64,000 bases of DNA from Spirochaetia bacterium (lineage in GTDB: Bacteria; Spirochaetota; Spirochaetia; CAKZLE01): assembly GCA_963677595.1 (NCBI GenBank), contig OY782041.1:1696001-1760000 (forward strand), written 5' to 3'. The notes below the pieces were generated by a model, which worked only from the letters and a program-made list of their open reading frames with translations, was not told the origin of the DNA and made no database searches. Position 1 is the first letter of the stretch, and each line of letters starts with the position of its first letter. Shown in pieces: positions 57,248 through 64,000 of this stretch. Both the position numbers and the translations under genes were made by a program.

Positions 57248-58627
57248 TCAGAAGAGAGAATCCTCTTCAAACAGGCAGAAGAACATATAGGATGGAATCT
57301 TATAGCCCTCTTCTGAAATCTGGAATGTTTTAGGATGCACGATGTATGAGTTTCCTATTTTCCTTCCGAATTTAGCTTTGAAGGCAGAGTATGAGAGTGT
57401 TGTATAGTTTTTTGAAGATTTTACTTCTATGGGGCACAGCTTTATTGTCGTTTTACTCTCATTAGATACGAGGAAATCGACTTCGATGTCATTGCGATGT
57501 TTCTCATGAGAATAGTGGGTGTAAAAATAGAGTTTCTTTCCCTTGACGATGAGCATCTGCGCTATGGCATTCTCATGGATCATCCCTTCATTCAAGGACA
57601 GCTTGCCATCCATGATTTGTTTGTAGAGATTCATAGATGAAATCTCGTTTTCAGAAAATGCCAAGCTTACCAAGAGGCCAGTATCACCCATGTAACATTT
57701 TACCGATGAGGCATCCTTATGCAGGGACAGCCCTACGCTTGGGTCAGTACATTTGTAACAGAGGTTGCAGATCATGGAGTCCTCGAGCCAGAAGAGCGGG
57801 TCGTTATATTGATAAAATGTTTTATTATCATCTATCTTGCTTAACACAACCTTCTTCTCATGAGTGGAAAGATACCCTGGTATGTTCTCGAACAAGGCAG
57901 ATACCTTGGATTTGTATTTCCTTGCTGCTTTCTTGATATCATCACGGTAAAGGGAGAGAATTTGGCGTTTCGCCTCATCAGCCTTGTAGAAGTCTTTGTT
58001 GTTATCAAGATAAGCGACGACACTCTGGGGCATGCCGCCAACGAGCAGGTATTCACGAAACAGCCTCGCTGCCTTTTTATGGAAGGTTATCTCCAGTGGG
58101 GTTTTCTTGTGGTAACATTCTTTGATGTATCCCAATAGCACTTCTTCCTTTGCCGCTGTCAGGAACTCCTCAAAATCCAAAGGATACATTTTCAACTTCA
58201 TCTCTTCAGAAGGAATGATGATATGTTCCACATTCTCCTTAATCGAGATCAAGGAACCTGTTTCCAGAAAGTCGTACCGTCCATCATCAACCAAATACTT
58301 TATTGCTTCCCTAGCCTTTGGGAACTTTTGGATTTCATCAAAGATGATCAGGCTCTTTCGCCTGAAGAGCTGGACATTATATTCGAGCGAGATGATTTGG
58401 AAGAATGTATCGAGCTTGTGCAGGTTCTCATTGAAATTGTTGAGGATATTCTTTGGCGCAATTGCAAAGTCTATCAAGATGTATGAGTCATATTGTTCTT
58501 CCCCGAATTTCTTTGCAATCGTAGATTTTCCGGTTCTACGGGCTCCTTCAATAAGAAGAGCAGTCCTCCCGTCGGATTCCTGCTTCCATGCGAGAAGCCT
58601 GTCATACATTTTTCTTTTGATTTCCAT
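57248..58627 (-). CDS. AAA_14 ATPase with C-terminal DUF4143 (PD-(D/E)XK-like) domain
   Basis: EGARRTGKS, IFDEIQ, TGSL, MYPLDFEEFL, VGGMP, YMGDTGLL, EVDFL...IEVKS. Confidence 0.88.
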   Translation of the reverse strand: MEIKRKMYDRLLAWKQESDGRTALLIEGARRTGKSTIAKKFGEEQYDSYILIDFAIAPKNILNNFNENLHKLDTFFQIISLEYNVQLFRRKSLIIFDEIQKFPKAREAIKYLVDDGRYDFLETGSLISIKENVEHIIIPSEEMKLKMYPLDFEEFLTAAKEEVLLGYIKECYHKKTPLEITFHKKAARLFREYLLVGGMPQSVVAYLDNNKDFYKADEAKRQILSLYRDDIKKAARKYKSKVSALFENIPGYLSTHEKKVVLSKIDDNKTFYQYNDPLFWLEDSMICNLCYKCTDPSVGLSLHKDASSVKCYMGDTGLLVSLAFSENEISSMNLYKQIMDGKLSLNEGMIHENAIAQMLIVKGKKLYFYTHYSHEKHRNDIEVDFLVSNESKTTIKLCPIEVKSSKNYTTLSYSAFKAKFGRKIGNSYIVHPKTFQISEEGYKIPSYMFFCLFEEDSLF

Positions 58628-58662
58628 TGGATCATCCTCTGTTTCAACTATACCAGCATTTT

Positions 58663-58714
58663 AACAGTACGCAAAGTAATATTTACCAAAACCCCCTATA
58701 GTGCGCAGAGTAAT
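58663..58714 (+). repeat. Inner direct repeat, right (52 bp), overlapping the putative -35 of the ATPase gene
   Basis: See 57190. The minus strand reads TTGCGT-16-TATAGT upstream of ATG 58627. Confidence 0.92.
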
Positions 58715-58754
58715 GAAAGTGCTTCTTCGCGTATTCAGATGAGAGCACATCTCC

Positions 58755-58780
58755 CCCAGGACCACACACCTCATGCAATC
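58755..58780 (+). repeat. Outer direct repeat, right (26 bp)
   Basis: Identical to 57050-57075. Confidence 0.93.
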
Positions 58781-58853
58781 CTTGATTTTTCATAGGTAAT
58801 CGCTTACTCTGTACCAATAAGGAAATACATCCTAACAACTCATGGAGGTCCAA

Positions 58854-60020
58854 ATGAAGTGGTATATCCCTCTTCTTTGTGTTGTTTTACTTGTACTTAT
58901 GGGGTGCAGTGATTTCATCATCCCTTATGCTGAGTATACCTATGAACCCTATGACGGCTCGCTTGCATTCGACTGCCTCACTGAGTCCGCCCAATGGTCC
59001 CCGAGGTGGGACCATGCCTCCGCGGTCTTTGATGGGTACCTCTGGGTCTTCGGCGGATATGATACGACAGCCCGCGGGGAGGAGGACTCCTACCGGGAGG
59101 ATATCTGGCGGAGTTCGGACGGGGTGAGCTGGGAACTGGTGGAAGATGATGCCCCCTGGAAGGGAAGGCGGGGCCATGCCGTGGCGCTCATGGGAGATAC
59201 GCTCTATCTCAACGGCGGCTTCACCGTGGACCAGGAGACCGGCATCAGGAGCTATGCGAACGATGTCTGGAAGTCATCGGACGGGGTGAGCTGGGAATGT
59301 GTCACTGCGGATGCCCCGTGGGGAGTGAGGATGAACCACGGGATGGTCGCGGCCAACGATGGGACTGATGACCGGCTGTACCTCTTCGGGGGCTTCTATG
59401 ACGGGATGTACTACCGCTCCGATATGTGGGAATCCCTTGACGGCGAGACCTGGGACGAGGTCTCCCTGCCGGAAGGTGCATACGGTGCCTTCCCCGGTGC
59501 TCGGGCTGCCTTTGCCTACTGCACAGGCGATAACGGGAAGATCTATATGCAGGGAGGGTCCTTCTACGGGGCTGCCTCATCGAGTACCGGCCATGTGGAC
59601 ACAGGGGCAGTCCCGTACCTGCCAAACGCGATGAACTGGTCATCTTTCTGGTGGTTCGACCCGGAAGACCCTGCATCAGGCTGGCAGTATGATAAATGGG
59701 GGGTCCTGCCCACAGGGGAGGGAAACACCCGGTCCGAACAGGTAGTTATCCCGTTCAGGGGAGACCTCTGGATGTTCGCCGGGAAGAGCAACAGCGGCTG
59801 GCAGTTCTCGCAGAGTGAGAAGTCCTACCTGACCATGAACTACCATTATGAGGATATTTCATATGACAAGCCCGTTATAGAGACTGATTCCCTCGGGTCC
59901 CCATTCGACCCGAGGTATGGGTATACGGCGGAGATCCTGGACGGCGACCTCTATATACTCGGGGGCTTCTCGAACGACGGGCCACTGCATGATGTCTGGC
60001 GCTGTGAAGGGGAGGAGTAA
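58854..60020 (+). CDS. Kelch-repeat beta-propeller lipoprotein
   Basis: Lipobox LMGC, repeated R..H.....LW(V/L)FGG...D(I/V)W.S.DG.SW blades. Confidence 0.82.
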   Translation: MKWYIPLLCVVLLVLMGCSDFIIPYAEYTYEPYDGSLAFDCLTESAQWSPRWDHASAVFDGYLWVFGGYDTTARGEEDSYREDIWRSSDGVSWELVEDDAPWKGRRGHAVALMGDTLYLNGGFTVDQETGIRSYANDVWKSSDGVSWECVTADAPWGVRMNHGMVAANDGTDDRLYLFGGFYDGMYYRSDMWESLDGETWDEVSLPEGAYGAFPGARAAFAYCTGDNGKIYMQGGSFYGAASSSTGHVDTGAVPYLPNAMNWSSFWWFDPEDPASGWQYDKWGVLPTGEGNTRSEQVVIPFRGDLWMFAGKSNSGWQFSQSEKSYLTMNYHYEDISYDKPVIETDSLGSPFDPRYGYTAEILDGDLYILGGFSNDGPLHDVWRCEGEE

Positions 60021-60998
60021 ATGAGACGAAACCTCCTGCTGTTCCTGCTGCTTCTCATGATGGCTCCCCTCGGTGCCGCCTCGAACGAGATGTTCCCTAT
60101 CGGGGATCTGGGCATCGGGTTCACCGGGCTCCCGGATGAGTTCCTCTACCCCTCCTACCTGGCTGACCCGATCGGGACGAAGACGCTCATCAGCCTGCGG
60201 AACTACGCGATCGATGAAGTCCACCCCAGGGAGGACGGGACGAGTACCCACTATGACGTGACGGTGGGAACTCGGTACAATTTCCTTCGCCTCTCACCGG
60301 AGGACCATCCCGAACTTGGCATTGAGATGGACTGGGGCATGGCCTTGACGAGTTTCATGGATACCGATGCGAATGATTTCCTCGGGGTGGACGGGATCTA
60401 CTACTTCGCCCTGGCGATCCGCCCCTCGATGCTGGCTGCGTTCAGGGTCTCTAGGCACCATATCTGTTCGCACAACGGGGACCAGGTCGATATAGACGAG
60501 GACGGCTCTGCGTTCGCCGACTTCGACCTGGCATCCCAGCTGAATGACGGGACCTTCGTTCGGGATGACTATATCATCTCAGCGGCGATCGAGCCGATCT
60601 ACCTCTTCAGTGACGGCTACCCTGTGACCGGGCAGGCCTTCCGTCTCTACGGGGATTTCAGCTTCTACCTCCCGGGGGCTGAGCCGGCCATCCTCGGCTG
60701 GAGGAAGAACAGGCCCTCGGATCATGCCTATATCTGGTACCAGTACGGGGCAGAACTCATACTCCCCATCCTGAAGGAGGACCTCGGGTCGATCGTCCTC
60801 GCAGGACAGGTGAGCCAGTGGCAGGAGACCGGGTATGCCCCGAACTACAGCCTGCAGGCAGGCTATATGTTCGCACGGGGGAAGTCCGCCCAGACGATGC
60901 GGTTCGTTGCCACCTATTATGACGGACAGTCCCTCATGAATAACTACCGTTATACCCGGGCAAAGTTCATGGGCGTCTCCTTCATCATCGATACCTGA
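60021..60998 (+). CDS. Secreted protein, probable outer-membrane beta-barrel (DUF1207-like)
   Basis: Signal peptide, YLADP, HICSHNGD, YYDG, alternating aromatic beta-strands, terminal GVSF strand. Confidence 0.6.
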   Translation: MRRNLLLFLLLLMMAPLGAASNEMFPIGDLGIGFTGLPDEFLYPSYLADPIGTKTLISLRNYAIDEVHPREDGTSTHYDVTVGTRYNFLRLSPEDHPELGIEMDWGMALTSFMDTDANDFLGVDGIYYFALAIRPSMLAAFRVSRHHICSHNGDQVDIDEDGSAFADFDLASQLNDGTFVRDDYIISAAIEPIYLFSDGYPVTGQAFRLYGDFSFYLPGAEPAILGWRKNRPSDHAYIWYQYGAELILPILKEDLGSIVLAGQVSQWQETGYAPNYSLQAGYMFARGKSAQTMRFVATYYDGQSLMNNYRYTRAKFMGVSFIIDT

Positions 60999-61096
60999 TA
61001 AGGAAGGAGCTCCTGAGGCGTCCTTGACTGCAGGCAGGTATGTCTGGTACCGTTCTCCTGCAGGGGCAGATACAACCCCTGCAGGAGGGGCCTGCA

Positions 61097-61879
61097 ATGC
61101 ACAGAAGAACACTCCTGATCTCTGATATCGACGGGACCCTGCTTTCAGGCAGGGAGCCGGTCCCGAAATCCGTGATCGACGCCGCACAAGCGTTCATGGA
61201 TCGCGGGAACCTGCTCTCCTTCTGCACGGGGAGGTCTCTCTCCTCTGCCCGTGAGGTGTACTCCATGCTGCCAGTGAATGCCCCCTCGATCCTCTTCGGG
61301 GGAGCTCTCCTGTATGACTTCACAAATGCGGAGATCCTTTCTGCCCACTACCTTCCCCCCTCACTCCCGAACCTGATCGAGAGCATACTCTCTTACGATA
61401 GCGGGATCAGCGTTGCCGTCTCCGGCGTGGAGCAGACCTGGGTGCTGAGGAGCAATGAGGTATTCGAGCAGAAAGCGCTTGCCCATGACCGGGACGGGAT
61501 TCGGACGGACACACTCCCTGACAGTCAACTGCTCAAGGTCCTGCTCACTTCAGAGGATCCGCAAACACTGAACAGGATGAAGGAGCACTGCATCCCTGAA
61601 GGGCTCTATCATGCACAGTTCGCCTCTAGCCATTTCTTCGAGATCGTGTCCATCACAACAAGCAAGGGGCATGCGGTAGCAGAACTCCTCTCCCTTATCC
61701 CGGGACGGGTCAGGACCTGCGGAGCAGGGGACTCGATCACCGACCTCTCGTTGGCAGCTGCAGTAGAGGCGTTCTATGCCCCGGAGGATGCCCATACTGC
61801 CGTACTCGAACATGCCAGAGGCACCTTCCCCCCTGCACGGGAGGGAGGGATCGCACAGCTGTTCGGGGAACTGACATAA
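61097..61879 (+). CDS. HAD-IIB (Cof-like) hydrolase
   Basis: DIDGTLL, CTGR, SKG, GDSITD. Confidence 0.88.
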   Translation: MHRRTLLISDIDGTLLSGREPVPKSVIDAAQAFMDRGNLLSFCTGRSLSSAREVYSMLPVNAPSILFGGALLYDFTNAEILSAHYLPPSLPNLIESILSYDSGISVAVSGVEQTWVLRSNEVFEQKALAHDRDGIRTDTLPDSQLLKVLLTSEDPQTLNRMKEHCIPEGLYHAQFASSHFFEIVSITTSKGHAVAELLSLIPGRVRTCGAGDSITDLSLAAAVEAFYAPEDAHTAVLEHARGTFPPAREGGIAQLFGELT

Positions 61880-62016
61880 CCTGGTGATTTCCTTTCATCA
61901 GGTATCAGAGATCATTATTCTATTTCTATGCCGCCATAGCCCAATCATCCAGCAGAGATAGGTAACGCCAGTACTGGAATCTGTTTGTGATGGTGTGTTC
62001 TTCAACAGAATGAAAG

Positions 62017-62082
62017 TGTTGTAAAAATAAAACAACATTGTGCTGTACAATTTATAAAAGATGTTGTAATATTTATACAACA
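62017..62082. promoter_or_regulatory. Tandem palindromic operators TGTTGTA-N7-TACAACA upstream of the XRE gene
   Basis: 62017 TGTTGTAaaaataaAACAACA; 62041 TGCTGTAcaatttaTAAAAGA (degenerate); 62062 TGTTGTAatatttaTACAACA. Confidence 0.68.
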
Positions 62083-62132
62083 CAAGGTTGGGTTTGAAAA
62101 TACTAAACAACAAGGAAATGAGGGGTGGTGCT

Positions 62133-62522
62133 ATGGCAGAGAATAAAAGGAATTCATTTGCGTTATTGATGCATAACAAGATGAAAGAGAGGAAACTGAC
62201 GTTACGTGAAGTATCTCGGAGAAGTGGGATTGATGTCGGGAACCTGTCAAGAATTGAAAGGGGTAATACATATCCCCCCAAAAAGAGGGAAGTATTATTG
62301 AAACTTGCTGAGGCTCTACAAATGGATTCCACGGAAACAGAGAGCCTGATTGAACAATCTAAATTTATCAATGGACAACTTGTAAACGAACTCCAGAATG
62401 TAAGGGAGATGAATGTTATACCGATGTTATTAAGAGCAATAGATAATGAGAAATTAAGGGAAGAAGATGTGGAGAAACTCATTGAAATGATCAAGGATGC
62501 CAATACATTCAAAGAGAATTAG
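62133..62522 (+). CDS. XRE-family HTH repressor
   Basis: LTLREVSRRSGIDVGNLSRIERG..PP. Confidence 0.85.
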   Translation: MAENKRNSFALLMHNKMKERKLTLREVSRRSGIDVGNLSRIERGNTYPPKKREVLLKLAEALQMDSTETESLIEQSKFINGQLVNELQNVREMNVIPMLLRAIDNEKLREEDVEKLIEMIKDANTFKEN

Positions 62523-62539
62523 GGATAAAGGTAGATTTT

Positions 62540-63191
62540 ATGGTTTTCACGTATAAGTATATTCCGTTTGAAAGGTATCCCGAGATTGTACAAGAGTTCT
62601 TAGCTGGACAAGATTGGGATCATGATGTTTTTTATTGATCCTGAGATTATTTGTCAAAATCTAGATTTTGGTCCTCCAATTCTGTATCCAGATTTGAGGC
62701 TGCGGCTTGGGATAAAAGGTGCTGCTGTTCTTGTTGATGATGAATTCCAAATCTATGTGGATGAATACCATTATAATCATGAAGAACGTAGTTGTAACTT
62801 TACCATTGGAGAAGAGCTTGGTCACATTGCTATGCATCTATAAGAATACCAAGGGACGGGGATTGCTGTGGATGAATGGGCACGGGTTACAAGAGATCTC
62901 TCAAAGCGAGATAATAAATACTTGCATCAACAAGCCAGATGCTTTTCAAGTCATCTTCTATTACCCCAGTCAAAGTTGACAGATTATGCGATTAGCGTTG
63001 TCCAGAAGCATTACCATGAAATTGACAGAGGATTGAACTTCAGTGATGATCTTTTAGCTGATACGATTGCTGACTATTTATATGACTCAATACCGTTATC
63101 AAGGTGGATCCTTAAATTCTCATTAACTCGGTATCCGGATCGACCAATAGATAAGATAATCAAGAAATGGCCGGAATTGCTGCGGATGTGA
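62540..63191 (+). pseudogene. ImmA/IrrE-family metallopeptidase-like gene, disrupted
   Basis: ATG 62540 frame shifts in a T6 run (62628-62633). FTIGEELGH motif, then an in-frame TAA (62841-62843), then continues to QARCFSSHLLLP. Confidence 0.75.
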
Positions 63192-63471
63192 GTATAGCCA
63201 TTCTGATGTCTTCGAGTGGTAAAATCAGGTTCGGAGAGAACAAAGATATTCAAGGTTTCTATATGGATGGATATCATATATCGTATCACAAGAGTTCCTG
63301 GACAATGACGGGAATACTGCACATATGTCCAGGGATCTATTCTCGTGGGTGTTGCCAGCCGACTGGGAACCCAACACAATGAAACGTGCTTCGGGGATAG
63401 CATCAGTCGTGATTATTTCAATCAAATAGAAAAAGTTAGAAAAATACCAAATATTTTCATTCAAATGAATA

Positions 63472-63500
63472 TTGACAATGCATATCCTGGTTCTTATAGT
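63472..63500 (+). promoter_or_regulatory. sigma70-type promoter of the second AAA_14 gene
   Basis: TTGACA-17-TATAGT. Confidence 0.65.
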
Positions 63501-63520
63501 GGAATAGAAGAAGGTGTGTG

Positions 63521-64000
63521 ATGATAGAACGAAGAAAATATCTGGAAATACTGAAGGCAAATCAGGATAGGGATATAATCAAGGTGGTGACCGGGGTACG
63601 GCGCAGTGGGAAATCAACCCTGTTCACCCTCTTCATTGACCATCTCCTTACCGCGGGCGTTAACCCGGAGCAGGTCATATTCATAAACCTTGAGGACCTG
63701 GCGAACGAGGAGCTACTCGACTACCACAAGCTGTATGAGCATATCGTCAGCCGACTCGCTCCTGCAGGAACCACCTATATCTTTATCGATGAGATCCAGT
63801 CATGCACTGGTTTCGAGAAAGTGGTAGACAGCCTGTTCATCAGGAAGGGAACGGACATCTACATCACCGGGTCCAATGCCCACATGCTGTCAGGAGAACT
63901 GGCTACCCTGCTTTCCGGCAGGTATATCACGATAGAGGTCCTCCCCTTCTCATTCAGGGAATTCACTGAAGCTAAGGCATCGGAACAGAAAGACAGGCGA
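63521..64000 (+). CDS. AAA_14 (probably DUF4143) ATPase, 3'-truncated by the window end
   Basis: MIERRKYL..IKVVTGVRRSGKST..FIDEIQ..ITGSNAHMLSGELATLLSGR..PFSFREF. No stop in the window, so absent from the ORF track. Confidence 0.85.
   Translation, partial: MIERRKYLEILKANQDRDIIKVVTGVRRSGKSTLFTLFIDHLLTAGVNPEQVIFINLEDLANEELLDYHKLYEHIVSRLAPAGTTYIFIDEIQSCTGFEKVVDSLFIRKGTDIYITGSNAHMLSGELATLLSGRYITIEVLPFSFREFTEAKASEQKDRR

Noticed and set aside
57190-58714. Mini-CRISPR or integron attC interpretation of the repeats
   Set aside because: The repeats flank a whole gene, are direct and non-palindromic, and lack the attC RYYYAAC...GTTRRRY structure. There is no cas or intI gene in the window.
63167-63382. 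71-aa ORF after the ImmA-like pseudogene
   Set aside because: No recognisable motif or clear RBS, so it cannot be supported as a gene.

Overview
Accessory-rich bacterial chromosomal segment. It is probably from a spirochaete: the solute-binding proteins have the typical '...FAGGQQE / ANGQKE' leaders (inference). From left to right it contains: (1) the AT-rich 3' end of a Dsr1-like defence sirtuin gene; (2) an intact ISAzo13-family IS; (3) a GntR/LacI-regulated sugar ABC cluster with split transketolase, xylose-isomerase-like and LarA-family genes; (4) a ROK-regulated cluster with a sugar ABC transporter and two aminotransferases; (5) an AKR-RidA fusion; (6) an IS1634-family element with a divergent DUF6788-like gene; (7) a RidA/PatB-like/SSS/YheO cluster; (8) an orphan HerA-like ATPase and a radical SAM gene; (9) a LacI-regulated ycj-like glycoside oxidoreductase cluster; (10) an IS pile-up, in which a second IS1634/DUF6788 copy splits an EctA-like GNAT gene and is itself interrupted by another IS1634, next to an ISAs1; (11) a GC-rich sigma54/AcoR-controlled acetoin-dehydrogenase-like operon with split E2, SCP2, ADH, AOR, MoaD and SDR; (12) an AAA_14/DUF4143 ATPase-nuclease gene enclosed in two nested pairs of direct repeats (26 bp and 52 bp) with no recombinase, the best candidate for an undescribed mobile system; (13) a Kelch lipoprotein plus beta-barrel pair, a HAD hydrolase, an XRE gene plus a decayed ImmA/IrrE gene, and a second partial AAA_14 ATPase. 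No rRNA, tRNA or CRISPR array was seen. All family calls come from motif recognition by eye, not database searches.
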